From Antedon mediterranea (taxonomy: Eukaryota; Animalia; Echinodermata), in NCBI RefSeq assembly GCF_964355755.1, contig NC_092680.1:4712001-4776000 (forward strand): a stretch of DNA of 64,000 bases, in the 5' to 3' direction. The position numbers were made by a program, and so were the translations under genes. Below the pieces are notes generated by a model that saw only the letters and a list, made by a program, of their open reading frames with translations, was not told the DNA's origin and searched no databases. Of the stretch, positions 13,927 through 29,300 are shown piece after piece (the first letter of the stretch is position 1; every line of letters begins with the position of its first letter).

Positions 13927-16900
13927 TTAATCAAAGGTAAACGTTATGTAGGCCTATACGTTTTATGGTTGTGCGTACAATCTGTAATTTTATACTCAAA
14001 TCGCAATAAACAAAACTTTGGATAATATTTGAATGACTCTAAAGAACTATAAAGTTTGTAATAAAATCGGACAAAATAAACTATACTTCTAAGAAACAAC
14101 CAGGGCAATGTTCCATGTTTCTTATTCCTTTAACATGACTAGGCCTACTGAAAAAAAAATACATTTTTAAACTTATAAAAATATTTAATTTGTGATATTT
14201 CCAAGTTAAGTTCCTAATTTATTGTTTTGGGATACTTGTGTTTCCTTTTGTAAAGAAATTAATCTCATATGAAAAGTGGAAAAATCAAAAGTGGATACCT
14301 AAGTGGAATTTCTCAAATCTAAATTTAATGTGGAATTTTATGATTAATATTACCATTGTCATAATCAAAATTATAATAATCACTGTATTGACTTGAAGAA
14401 CTCGTTTAGTAGATTTATTATTAAGTTTAATAAGTGTTTTTATTAATTACTCTAATTGTTGTTATTGAATTTGTACATGAAACAAGATAATTAAGAACAA
14501 TTGACTATGTCATTAAAAACGAAATAATGAATCATCTATTCCAAAGTAAGAAAAACGTCAAACCCAGTATAGTTGAGAAAGAGATAATTAGTCAACAGCT
14601 GATACTCCAAGGTTGAGCAGCATGATGGGTAATTTGATTATGACGTCACATTGATAATTTTAAACTATCGTGTGCCATTGATACTAACATGTACTGGAAT
14701 TATTAACAGCTGACATGTACATTCAAAGTTGTTTATAATGTCATTGAAATTTGGGTTTTATTAATTATGTGGTTAGTGTTGTGCTAGCTAAGCTCATTCA
14801 CATCAAACACGAACTTGTTTTGACGGACGTACACACTCGTATTGAATCATCGATATCGGTTCGTTGGTCCAGATTAAGTGTGAATCTTTTCTAATGCTAA
14901 CGTTACTCTGCAATCGAAAAAACGTTTTTTCAACAAATTTGTACTTCACTGCATATTATTATTATTATTATTATTATGTATATTTTTTTCAAGAAGACTA
15001 AAGAAGATAAGATTAAACTGATAAATAAATTATATCACTTTTAAAGAATCTGGTCCTTACTGTAGTCAGTCATCGAAAAGGAGGTACTTTGGTTATAAAC
15101 ATGCAATATTTAGAAAAGATTTCCAAAAGTCTAGAGATCTCCACACACAATAGAGTTATGTACATTTATAATCACAGGATTATTACAACATATACTATTG
15201 TAAACAAATTAGTCATATATCTTAGTGGTTTTATATCTTGATTCTTTTAAAGTCTTCTTCTTATTACCAAGACTATTGTGTTTTCTTCAATGAATGATTA
15301 AAACATTTAAGTGTCTATAAGCGTGTCAATTGGGGTTGATACTTCCGTCTTCAAACTTAATAATAAAAGTGACAAATCCGTAAGGATGAAATCACGTTAA
15401 GCTCCCCTACAGTTGAAGTAGATTCAGGAACTATCATTTAATGCCAATAATGCCGAAGTATAACCAAGAGTGGATTAGGTCACATGTTGGGATACCAGTT
15501 ATTATCACAAAAACTTAAACATACTTTATATGCCTACAACATGTAATGGTATGCATATCACTAGCTACATTTACTTTCAACAAAAGTTGTAAATATATTT
15601 AGAAGAAAAAAAGTCAATACTTGTTTCATTTTTACATTTTTAAAAAGATACCTTTTATTTGTACAAAAAGACTATAGTTATAGAATACTGTAATCCATGA
15701 TTTTGGGAAGCAAATCGATTGCATTTCCTTAGCTTGTCTGGTTAGGATGAAGAAGATTTAATTTGACATTTTCATTGTGGGAATCTTTCAATATTTCAGT
15801 GCCTATGATATGTAGATTTGAACAAAAATATACTTTCGTTTTTCGATTAAAAAAAAAGTATCTGTATGTTCAGTGCGTGCGCATCCTGCCTTTACATACT
15901 ACTGCGCATGTCAGATGACCTGATACTCAATTATTATACAGTAAAAAAGTGAAAGTTTGTCAGCTTATCTGGCAAATTGTATGTATCTTATTAACTGTGA
16001 GGATTATAGACTTATTTACCGGTCGTAGGTTAGGATGTTGACTTAGAACCAGTGTGGTTTTAGAGGATGTGGAATTTATTACTGGGTCATGTTGAATAAC
16101 ATCACACTCAACATACATTCAAATATGAAATTCCTGTTCAATTATTTCAAACAATTATTAAGAACTACAAATCTTTATCACCTTGACACAAAATCTCATT
16201 TTGTTACTTTCATAAACTTAATTATTTGAATTTCTCCTTATGTATTATTTATAACAGTTTGTTATATTTAATAATCGCATCCTCAAACACTAATCATTTT
16301 TAATAATATAAAATATTAATTCATTATCAGCTTCCATGGTTTATCCTTCTTTTTAATGTTGTGTCCCTTTGTCCTTGATTTTTTTTTTTTTTTTTTGCCT
16401 TCGTTGTATTTCCTCCATCCATTTGTTGTTTTGTCAATTTGTATCAATACTTTTTAGAAATCACATAGAGAGAAATGTATTCATTTCATTCTCCAAAACA
16501 ATAATTTATTTAAAGTAAAATAAACAGTCATTACTATAAATATGAATGCAATATATTCATTTTCTTTATCAGAAATTATTGAAAGCTAAATTAGCCTGTA
16601 ACTTACTATACAATGATTTTTGTAGAACCAGCAGATAATCAGTATCATATGTGAAAATAGACATTTTCTTCTCTTTTTGTACGTGCCTGTTTTAAAAATT
16701 TTTATTTTACTATTTGTAATGTAGCCTTGTTTATAGCAGTAATGTTTTATAATGTTTGTCTATGTTTTGACGGAATCTAACTCGGTAGGAATGTAGCCTA
16801 CTGGATATAGATGTTACTAATATTGCATTGCTTTAGGAGTAGGCCTACTGGAAAAAGAGGAAATTACTGAGTCATGTTATAGTTAGTATTGTTTCAAATT

Positions 16901-17358
16901 GTGTGATTCATTTTATGATGAGATCAACATCATAAGTATTTGACTGTTTTGAATTCAATAACCTAAATTTGTCTTAAACCGAATAATGGACTTTATTGCG
17001 AGATATTCATCATGTTATGGCTCACTGTAATTGTAATCTAATTGAAATAAGCAGTAAAAGTAAGTCCAGATCTAAGTTCGGAGGAGGAAGTTTGTTAATA
17101 AGCTTGTCAGTTTTATATATCAGAGGTTCACACTCGAGCAAGGTAGAAAAAGTCGTCTGCTAAAGCGCGCGAGTATTTCACTTCCCCAGCAAACTCGTCA
17201 CTTCCCTCTGACTGATCGGCTAAGCGTATAAAGTTCCAAATTTCTAAGTGAGCGCTGATTTTCGTGCATGGATCAAACTTTGAGTCATCGGCAGGGGATC
17301 TAGGCAACCTTCGACTCTAGAGTTTCTGAGATAGAAACGATATTGTTTTCAGTTGACA

Positions 17359-20300
17359 ATGTCTTGGTTGATAAGCAAGGTTTATACTACTTTGAGAGGT
17401 GCCAATTCCTCAAGATCCACAAATAGCTCCGTAGCAACAACAAGATCATTTAGTGATGCCGATTCATTGGACCTTAACTGCACCGTCAGTCCAGGGAATA
17501 GCCAGAGATTTAGTTATATGTCATATAGTAGTGCTGATAAAGATGGGTCTTCGTGTGATGGATGGAGTCGACCGGAATCTACTGCAGGATCTATTCACGA
17601 CAGTGAGTGCCCAGATGGGTTAATTATAAAATTATATGGGGAAGATTACATATTTAGTGATGGCGAATATCGGCCAATGCACCGGGAACCAGAATCAAAA
17701 CGACTTTCCACAATTTCAATCAGCTGTTCCAACCAAAATAATGAGAACGAAAAGATTTTCTATGGAACGGATGTTAATGAACAACAATATGAATGGTCAG
17801 ATGAAAAAGAGGACTGGATTACACCCCTTGAATTTTGTGGCAGAAATAGGCAGTCTAAAAGGAGATCAGTAAGGCCTAAAAGTGAAAATGTTGACGAAAT
17901 GTGGACACGAGTCATGAAATCTGTAAATGAATCATTCGATGATGAAGACATGGATTTGAACAACACCACATTTGAAGATACTTTAAAACTAGCCACGACA
18001 CAGACTGTATCTGATATAGCCAAGAAAGAACCAGAATCAGACAATAACCAGCAAACGGTAAATTTTGACAATTGCATAAGAAATGTAAACAAAGAAAAAC
18101 AGGACAATTATATTGAAACAATTGAAGATAATAACTTCATAAATGATAATATAAACAATGATTTTATTATAAGACCTGAAACTGTACAACAGTATATAGA
18201 AGTAGACTCCCTTCCAGACTTTGATTTAGAGATTGTTTCGAAAGAGGAGGAAACGCAAGATGGTGCTGATATGTTTGTAAATGATGAACCAAAACCTGAG
18301 GATGAGGATGAATTTCGTTCTAGTTTAGCCGGAACGTCTGATATTCTAAGCGAAATTTTCAATCATTTTGGACTTCCATCTGATGTGGAGAACGAAGAAC
18401 CGTTTAAATCTGTTGAATCGACTGCGCATGTTCAGTCAATCTCGAAAATAGAGTGCGCACTCAACTCAGAAATAGATTCGTCTCGCGAGATTAAACATTT
18501 TGAACAACCAAAATCAACAACGTTTAGTAGAACTGGTAGCTACTCTTCATTAAGAGATATATTACCAGATGACGATGTCGGTCTCTTTGATGAACTTGAG
18601 TGTATATTCACTGATAAGCAGTGCTCACTTTTTGAGGATGAAGGATCCTTAAAAGAAAGCGATGAGATCAGTGCGCTGCGCAAAAGCATTGAGGATATCG
18701 TTAGTGAGTTAGACAAAAGAACACACAGTGAATTACAGCTCAAACGACTAAGACAATCCTTGAAAAAGCTTAGTAATTTTGGAACAAGAAGTATCAAGAA
18801 AAATAAACAACTTAAAACTAATTCGTCATCGGTTTCCTCGGCAACCGATACAGACGACCAGTGTGAACGCATGCATAACGCTTGCAGCAAGCCCATGAAC
18901 ACGCAGAATCCCCATTCACACGAAACCCATTCAAGCGGTAAAAATACATCAACATATTCTGATAATAAAGGGAGTTTGGATTATAGTTTTAACTTGAATG
19001 GCCTTGACTATGATCAGCCTATTGAACACGATTCTATAGAATATGCCGTAACAAATAACATATTCTCTGCTGAATCCGATGTGTTAGGTAAAAAGCAAAT
19101 AGAACGGGCAAATACACGCTTCATACCGTTTGTCGAGTCAATAAAGGCTTTGCGTTCGAATAGTGATGGTCAACAAAACGTGAAGCAACGCTTTAACGCG
19201 TTATTTAAAATCAAGGGGAAGCATACAGCTAGTAACGTTACACGCGGCGGTGAAGCTGACAAGAATCCTACTGAATTAATTCGGAACTTTCACAATAATA
19301 AGGATTTATTACTAAAAGATGATACTACCGAAAATAGCAACGGTGATTCTAAAGAAATCACATGTTCCGGAAATAAGGCAGGCGATAAATTGACGATGGT
19401 CAAAGTCCAGCCTGAATTTACATCGACTAAAATAAATAGAAGATATCGTAAAGCTTTTCGTACTGTAAAGTCTGATCAAGAGTCAATCAACGAGGATATT
19501 ATTAAGGGAGAAAGCGTAAATAGTGAGTACCCCCATGTTGAATTACACCATTTGCAAGATTGTACACAAGTGTTTGACTCTGAGTTAGGGTATGAACCAA
19601 CAAATGTTAGTGATGTTTCGCTAACGAATGCTGATTATAAAATGGGATGTATTAGTGTATACTGTAAATCAAAATCACAGGATACTGAACATTCAGAAGA
19701 TGGCAATTATTATATTAATAAGGGTGATAACCGACTTGTTTGCAATGAGGAGAATGGAAAATATGGATTCGAAAATTCCGTACTTGATAAGGATATTGAG
19801 GAATCCAGTCATGAAGATGAGCTGGAATCCAGGATAGCACACCGAGACCCCAGATTGCAAATCTCACTCAAGAATGACAGAAATAAAAATGGCATGAATT
19901 ATATTTTGCCGGAAATTCAGAGCGTGAGCCAAACCGAGTCATCATACAAACTAGGCACCGGTTTAACGAATGATTCAGCTTTATCAGTTGATTTCTTAAA
20001 AACTGAACAAGCGGACAAGGACGACCTCGACAGCGGGTTGGAGTGCCAGGACGAAGCTAGAGAGGAAGATATTGGTCGCTTTGACCTAAAACACACCAAT
20101 GAACTGTCTGAAAATTGTACTAAGGAACCCAAATACAACTCATCGTATTCCGAAGAAACAATTTCTATGAGTGATTTCAACGAGTTGCTCACTGACCGTC
20201 AAGAATACAGTAGCGAGGAAATTGAGAATTTTGTGGCAATTAAATCAAAGGAAACTGAAATTGATGATTATGACAAGATATCGGATGATGTAGATTCAGA

Positions 20301-23300
20301 CTCATTTTGGCAGGAACCTTTTGAGTTTTGTTCGAGTAACTCACCACTTAGCTCACCGTGTTTGGATGACCATGGTAAACAGAGTGCTACGGAAATACTT
20401 GAATTGTCAACACTATTCACTAACACTGTAGGCCAAAGCGATATATTTAATAGCATAGGCTACGAAATGGGGAATTCGGCAACGTCTGAGCAGCGAAGTA
20501 TTTCAGAGGACGATAACGATCACAATAAGGACGGATTTTGGGAAGTTGGTGTGAAAACAAGGCGATCGAGTGCGTTTGGAACGAAACGAGGGTCAAATAG
20601 AACATCGCAATTTTACGTTCCTCTGAGTGTCGAAGAAGATATAATCGTCCCTCAAACGGTAGGAGCGGTTTATTTAACTCCAGTTGAAGATTCTTCCACT
20701 GATGATCACATAATGCGGGATAATTTGACAGAGAGTTCCTTTGATGGAAGTCTACAGGATGGCAATCAAAGCGATTGCACTTCCGTTTCCTACAGCTCCT
20801 CGTTTGGCATTGCTTGTATATATAACGAGGATACAGAGACAGTACATAGTCACGAATCGGTAAATATACCTAATAATGAACGTGTTAGAACAGAAGATGC
20901 TGACTCTCTTATTAGTGCATCATCAACAGTGATAGATTCGGAAGAACATGTGAACGTCATCCAAAAACAATCGTCAAATCAGTCTATGAGTGCAATCAAC
21001 CAGGCTATTAATAACTCATGTTCAAAGATCAAACATTGGAAAAGTGTTGATGGTATGGTTTATCGTTTAAATGAAGATAGTAAACGTGATAAGAAACTGT
21101 TGGTTTCACTGGATCCAATTTATGATCGTCAAACTCTAACCAGCAACATGAATGAAGATTCCTTGATGAATCACGAGGAATTAAATAATAACTGTAATAA
21201 AAATGGTTTGACACTCAAATCGTCGGAAGTAGTTTTAAAGAAAAATGTACGGGTAGAAGAAATGACAGTTAATGAAATGGAAACAACAAACAGCAATGGT
21301 CTTGAACAAACAATAGAATGCTTAGAAGACGAATGGCAAAGAAATCGATTATTAAGAAAGAAAAAAAGAGATGACATGAAAAAAAGAGAGCAAGCTCTGC
21401 AGGACAAGGTTGATTGGGTTCGAGATGAAATCGTAAGTTTACATCATTTTTATAAACATAGGCCTACATGGATAATACGATTTAAATAGCTTTTACATTC
21501 AATGGCTCATGTCCTGAATAATTTGTTATGCAAATGATCGTCTATAGTAGCCATCTGGTACAACATACTGTTATTACCCTGTTTAAAATTATTCAAAAAC
21601 TGTATTTGATTTAACACAGTGTGTAAGTATACAAACACCATTTTAAACACAAATTTATCAACATGTATATTTATATAAACACAACAGGCAAATAACATTA
21701 ATTTTATATATGTATATAATTAATTCAAAAATTGCTGATAGTATATTGTAAATAAAGTGGCTATGGCTTAACCCTCCTTATATATTCCACTGCTTCACAA
21801 ATCTCGTAACAAAACAACATTTTACCTTTTGTTATATTAACGTATACACACTACTAAACAATCGCGCCCCGGCACTATAATGTATACCATTCTACACAAA
21901 GCTCAGTTTTTGTATTATCTTCACAAGGTATGGTGAACTATTTATTTACTGCATATCACATGTTAGGTAAATATACTTAAAAGTATGCCATGACATAGAT
22001 AATTCACAAGTCAAGTCCTGCACAAAGAGACAAAGTCCGTTAAATATAATTTTCTTCCATTGGTATGACTAACCCATATTATATCTGCCATAACTCCGGA
22101 AATCTATATAATAAATTTAACCATAAAATATATTCAACCACAGTACAAATAAGTTTTTATTATTCTTTTTTTTAAAAGAGAGGAAATACTAGCATAATAC
22201 TGGTAAATACTGAAAACTAAAATACTGTACAGAAATTACCAATAATCCTTAGTACTGTGAATACAGTAAATGCATGTATTTGGCTACAGAATGTTTTAAT
22301 CTTTAACATTTTGTTAATGTACATATGTCCAAAGTTACGTAATATTATTCAAGTAAACATGACAAAAACATGTCTGCTTTCCGGAATGTTATAAAATGAT
22401 CTACTAAATGAAATTAAAAAACTTTCTTACAAATTAAAAAAAAATATTTCAACAATAATTTTGAAATAACAAAATTAATAAAACAAAAAAATGTCAAATT
22501 TATTTTGGCTTCTGTGCTTCCCTTGTTTACTAAATAATGAAAAGCAAAACATGATTGAATAAAGCAAGCGACCGATATATTGTTCTATACTAAAGTTCTG
22601 TCTACACTATCAAACTCAAATGTGCCCAAATATGGTAGTAATATGACATCACCGTGTCCATATTTTGGCAAATCACTTTTTTTGTCACAATAAGTTTGAT
22701 AGTGTAGACAACGCTTTAGTACTAACATTATTGGGGAGAAGAACCTTGATCATCGTCTCTGCTATGGGTCCATAGACCCGAAAGTACCTTAGGCCTATCA
22801 ATTTCTTGATGAACGGTGTCATAACAGTATTCATGTAAAACTTGACATTTCTCGTCCATTTATTTAACATATTCCATATGTTATCGATAATAAAACACAA
22901 ACAAAAGGCGTCAATATTAAGAAGCAAATTGCCAACCATGATTACCAAGTAACTTTAGCTCATTTGTCCTCATTATTCGTCACGCGTTCCAAACTCATTA
23001 AGAATAGTAATGTTTACCAAATGAACAACATTATCATCTCGTTATTGTTGGTCACCTCATCTTCTCTGTCTTTGTAGTAGAGTTCCCACTGATTATATGC
23101 GTTGTTCTCGGTTGAGCGCAGCTGCTACCATACTTAAACAATAGGTTACATTAAGACTAACGATAAAAGTAGGTAAACATTACGTCAGACATGAAAATTA
23201 GGCCTAGGCCTACTTCATTATGCATGATGTTACCTACCTACTATTATTTCAATGTTGAACTATTATGATTGAATAGTCATTTTTAACACTGATATATGCT

Positions 23301-26300
23301 TAATATTAGTGCAGAGTGAATTTCAAAATAGTTCAGTATTCCGTATTAAAAATTAGCCTGTGTAAATTCTTTCCTCGGGCATGTTAAACATGTGATTAGA
23401 GGTTGTTGCGTGTGTCAGCATTTAGGAGGGCCTAAACATCCTATCTGCATCCTGCTTTAAGCTGAGCTAAGGAAATCATTACCAGTCACGCTTAATTGGT
23501 TAATTACCAATATTCTACGTTTTACTGTCATTTATTCTATTATTAGTCTATTAGAGATGACACTTTGAATATGCCAGTAAGAGCCATGTTGAAAAATGAA
23601 AAATTGCCCAAAATGTGTTTAATACCAACCGATTCTGCTACTGTCCCTAGGTGATATCTGTATAACTATAGAAAGTTATCCACGTTGCTGTCTGCATAAA
23701 TGCTGTACTTTTAACACCGTACACTGTCATGTAGCACAGTGTCTGTTAATTTAATACGCCTAATGATAAAGGATTGTTTCAACGCCAGTGCTAAGCTCTG
23801 TCTACACTATCAAACTTTATATGAACAAATATGTTATGTGCCCATATATGGATATGATGACGTCATATCACTGCCATATTTGGGCATATCACTACCATTA
23901 TTTTGGCACATCACATATCACATAAAAGTTTGATAGTGTATACAGAGCTAGTTGTATAATGGTGCTACCGATTTTGGACTGAAGAAACTGCACGTTAAAA
24001 CGTAAACAATAGAAATATTTTTTTTTTAAACATAGGCCTACATAACATTTACTATTAGGTTTTTTTGTGGCTAGTAATGGCAGTTTTTTTGTTGTTTTTT
24101 CTGATGAGTGACAAGACAACATTTATTAAGGGTTTAAATCAATTTTCTCTTTATTATCCTAAAACGAAAGCAGTTTTTATTTTTTTGTTTATTTTTCTTA
24201 TTATATCTGTCAATTCAATGCATCCTTTGCTTATTCATATTCATTCATCCAGGTAATTTTTCCTTCCTTTCATTGTCTCGACACTTGTTATGTAACAAGG
24301 TCATTTTCAAAGGTGATATTTTTGACGTCATAACTACCTAGATAGGATATAGTCAATGGATAAAGTAAAAGGCGCGGCGACTATCCCTAATTCCGACCCT
24401 GGACAGATTTATAATTATAATTTTCCTGATATACTGTAAAAAATGTACAGACAATTAACTTAAAGCAAATACATACACCGTGTATGCTATCATACATCCC
24501 TTTCGTATATCCAAAATTAGAATGTAGGCCTAATAATCATCTGGAAACTGAGGAAATTCATCGCAGCATATTCCACCCTGATCAGCACACTTTTCGGAAA
24601 GTGTAGGCCTACACAAGTTATAATGTGCACTCGCCCTATAAATTGGGATGTTACACTACATAACTTTCTCTCACGTGATATAGGTCATTAATACATTTTT
24701 AAATTGAAAGGTATACGCAGTGACCTTATACTTATTGTCTGTCTCACTACTGTACATACACCGAGATCATTAACATAATTTCTTTTGGCACGAACATACA
24801 ATATCTAAAGTAAACACATTATTTAACCAATACGCTCTATTAAACCTAGCAATTTGACACATAGGAAATAAGCACGGGATATCATAATTGTTATTAATAA
24901 ATTGAAGGTTTTTGGTTACCAAAGTAGGGCGACGTTAGGTTGTTTTATAGTGGGTGTAGTGTGTTTAAGAGGATGTTAGGCCTACTCTATTATTGGAGTG
25001 TGGAATTTACAGTTTTAATAAAGCCACATTTGATCCAATACGGTACATATCACACAACGTAAAAACTTTTTAGTTACATAGAACTGCCATACTCCAGTGA
25101 CCACGAGAGGCTTTAATTCAGGCACTAGTATATTCATAAACACTTTATTTTGTCATTAACAAGGTCATACATGGCTGCAGCCGCGTGCTCAAATTTGAGT
25201 TAGTGTTTACCGACCAACCGACCGACATAGTGAGCTGTAGAGTCGCGTTTTCACGCGACTAAAAACAAACAAGACACGATATATTTCTATAAGAAAGTTT
25301 TTTAAACTGCAATGCCACCGTAATTTGGCAATGATGCATGTAATAATTCTGATTGACCAGATGAACGCAGGACTGCAACTCTGTACAAGGCAATTTCTAT
25401 TCCGACGATGAAATCCCTGAAAATGGAATAATGTGTACTCAACCATTGTACTCTTCTTCATTATTCAATTCTGTACACAACAATAATGATACTTTAATAT
25501 AACAACCATGATCACGACAGAACAAGTATAATAATATGAGTTTGATAAAACCATAGAAACCTACATATATACAATTTCTTTGAAGTAATTCATTTAATAA
25601 TATATGCAGTATTGACTAAACCGCTGCTTTTAACATATGTTTATCTATACAATTCTCTTCACAATATTGGGTGTTTTCTTGTTTATACGATTACTCAGTT
25701 AGGTTGGCATGGTGATTTCCATTACACAGATATTAAACAGTAAGATGTTTAAACTGTCTATCGACAGTTTTAAATTTTTCTCAGATTTAAATCAACTTTG
25801 ACATGGAAATTTGCGAGTGAGTCAATGCCTGTTATAATTGTCGTATTTCCGACTGTTTCAACCTTTATGAATGTGCATATAAAGCGAGATAAAGCGTAGT
25901 AAAACATAATGCTATCTCTATACATTGTAGAAATTAATCAGTTACAGACCATAAATATACCAATATTAGGCTATTCTCGATAAAAATCGGTTGGGGCTGG
26001 CTGGATTGTTTGAGTACAACAAACTGATCCAACAGACCTAAACGTAGTAATTTTAGAATAATTTTTAGGCCTAGGCCTAGGCCTACACCTAATCGTATTT
26101 TGGCTATAAAGACTACATTCAGCATACTTTGTAACATATTGAAATACTGATATAACAGTACTCACTTCAAGTTATAGGCTTACTGTTTTTTTTTATTCCA
26201 TACTTCAATCATATTATAAATATTTCACTGTAATATCTCTATACGTCAACGTCTTTATTTTCTTATAGGTTCAAGGATGTCACGTGACCGTCTTGATTAA

Positions 26301-29300
26301 TTTCAATTATATTAAATATTCATAAGATTGGCTGATATCAAACATAGATTAAAATCTCTATCTTAATGATATACGGTAATCTCTCTTTAGGAATCATTAT
26401 GTTATTGTCCAATAATAATTTAGACCACAAAATAATGTTTAATTCTAAAAACTATCTTTATTTAAACACATCAAATTGTATTACAGTTTTTTTTTCTTTT
26501 TATGTTAAAATGATTTTAACCAAGTTGAATCATATCCTGGCAACCTTCCTGGCCATCATTGTCTCCTTTTTATAATATTGGGTCATTATGCAAGCCCTGA
26601 ATATTTCATAGGAAACCCCTCAAATGATACTTTAGTTTAGGCCTACATGTCAAATAATTTATTTAGAATGTTTGAATAAGATGTATATATATATATATAT
26701 TCATTTTATGAACCGTTGTAGCAAATTACTTTCTATAAATGTAGACCAATTTGCCTAAATTAAATTTGCCTAACGTAGAGCCTCTCCTTTGGGACACTCC
26801 TGAGTATACCCCTATTAAGAGGACAGTGAAACGAATATGGGGAAATATAAGTTTTACCGTTACAACCTATACCCCTATTAAAGGGACACTTTGTTGGATG
26901 GTCTCGGATGTGTCCCCTTATAGAGGATATACAGTATTATTTAGACCCTGTAAGCATACATATAGATAGCATTCCTAAACATGTTACGTGATTGTAGGCG
27001 AATTCAATCTTTCATGATGTTCAAGTTTTAAAATAATATTTACAGTAATACAAAAATGTGTAAATGAAAATACTGAATAATTATAATTTCTGTTGATTAG
27101 TAGTTTTATACATTACGGACCAGCTGTTTATAACGATGTATAATACAGAAATACTGGCAGATTATTGATTTCTAGCTAAATTATTTGTTGCACACAAAGC
27201 CCGTAATGAATCTGTAGAAGTATATAATTGATCGACTTTTTCGTTCGTATTTACCGTACAAACAATCATTATTAGCAGGATAAAATTCTATACTACGGTA
27301 CGGTAGCAATATGTGTTCAAGTTGTTTTGTAATTAATTAATATTGCATATACAGTCATAATGCGTCAACCTCTCCGCCTAAAAATCTTTCAATATTACCA
27401 ATTATTTATTCAATTTGTTTGTATATTAGGCCTACTAATGTTGTAATGGCCAGATTTTGAATTATAGAATAACCACCGTACCAATGTAGTCCTAGTAAAA
27501 AATAAATGAATAATTCTATAACCAAGGAGGAAATTGATAGTTTTAAATTAAACTCTATGCCTATATATAGTACATATACGGACTCGCGACATAAGGGAAA
27601 CTTTTTTTTTAATTCACTTTTCTTCCTTTTGTTACAGTATTTTGTTTATTTACATGAAATACAGGAACTTATTGACATCGATATATAATCTGAATAGAAT
27701 TAGTTGATTAAATCGTAATAATATTATACTTGATTTAAATTGATGGGTTAAAACTTCTTGCCAAGTCCAATGATCGCATTTTGAATTGCCGCCAATAGAC
27801 GCAATACTGCAGGATGGTTTAAGCTTGGTTCCCACTAGAACTTAACGCAAGGACGTAAACGCAACGCAAGCGTTTTAACCAATGACAAGCGAAGTTATAG
27901 ACAGTTAGCAATCACAAGCGAATAAGCCATCGCTTGTGATTGGTCAATTCACTTGCGTTGCGTTACGTCCCTGCGTTGCGTCGCTAGTGGGAACCACGCT
28001 TTAACATCTCTGACGTGATAACGTACGAGATCGGCACTGATAACGGAAGGCCTGTTCCAAGCAACTGATTCACACGCCTCATTCAGCAGTAAACGCCCTT
28101 TTCTCTTGTTACTATAGTACAAATATTTGAACAAAGTGAGCAGCAATGCTATAACATATTGCACATTCAATATAGACATAGACCTAACGTTTTCTGAGTA
28201 TATTATCGTTTTTAGTCATACTGAACCTTGGCAACAGTTTCGTGTTGAATCAGGGATAAGTTTCGATTCTGTTTCAATGAATGATTTCTGTTATAAACTT
28301 TGAACAATATTTTATATTATTTGTTTAGTTTTGCACAAGTTTTCCCGTAATTTAGTACCACGAAGATAAACTTCAAATTCATCAAAAACTCCTCAACCAG
28401 TGATGTGTACAATGGCATTAGAGAGCAACTGTACTTTTATTAATGAATTTTATCCCTCGAATTCACTCGAAAAATGCACGCGAAGTATTGTAAAAGATAG
28501 GAAACCTGTCACCAAACACGAGGATTGTAGGGGATTTTTATCTCATAATTCCCCATACCTCATAATCACTTCAATATTAATAATTAATAACATACAAGAT
28601 AACCATTTGATATTGATTCCAAATAACATAAACTACTGTTTAGTCATCTAACGTTGCTAAAGCTCAGTCTACACTATCAAACTAGTTTTGACAAAAAATA
28701 TGATGTGCCCAATTATGGTAGAGATATGCTTAAATATGGTAGTGATATGACATCATCATGTCCGGTCCATATATGGGCACATCACATTTTTTTGTCACAT
28801 AAAGTTTGATAGTGTAGACAGAGCTTTAAAATGATATTCCTTTTTATTGCATCTAAAAACAACACCAAATATTTTACGATTGTAAGTTTCTCTCTCGATA
28901 TCGTAATCTGTGTGTTCTTTACACTATAACGTGTTTATTATAATTGTGGTTACCAGCTGTCTATACGTTTCAAGTGTAATTCTCGAGGATATTTCAATAT
29001 TAATCATATTTTTTATAACAATAGTCTGCAGTATAAGTGCTATGAGGTCATACATAAATGCAGGTTTCACTTCCATTTCAACGTCTCCGTTTTGACAATT
29101 TTCTTTCTCATTTCATTTCAAGACCATTTATTTTTTCAATATAACAATTAATAATGATTAAAACATTTTAAAGATCATTATTGAGTAGCTTGTATCAGCA
29201 AAAATAATGTTTCATGTCACATGCAAGATTCCAAAGAAATAGATACCAAGAACAAACAAGAACAACAAAAAACATCTCAGAAATAATTGCTCACACATTG

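Noticed and set aside
17636-21407. Short overlapping and antisense ORFs inside the large exon
   Set aside because: Shadow ORFs of a long compositionally biased coding exon.
21433-21489. ORF-track C-terminus of the 1378-aa protein
   Set aside because: It follows a consensus gtaagt donor, and splicing to 29558 completes the conserved motif.
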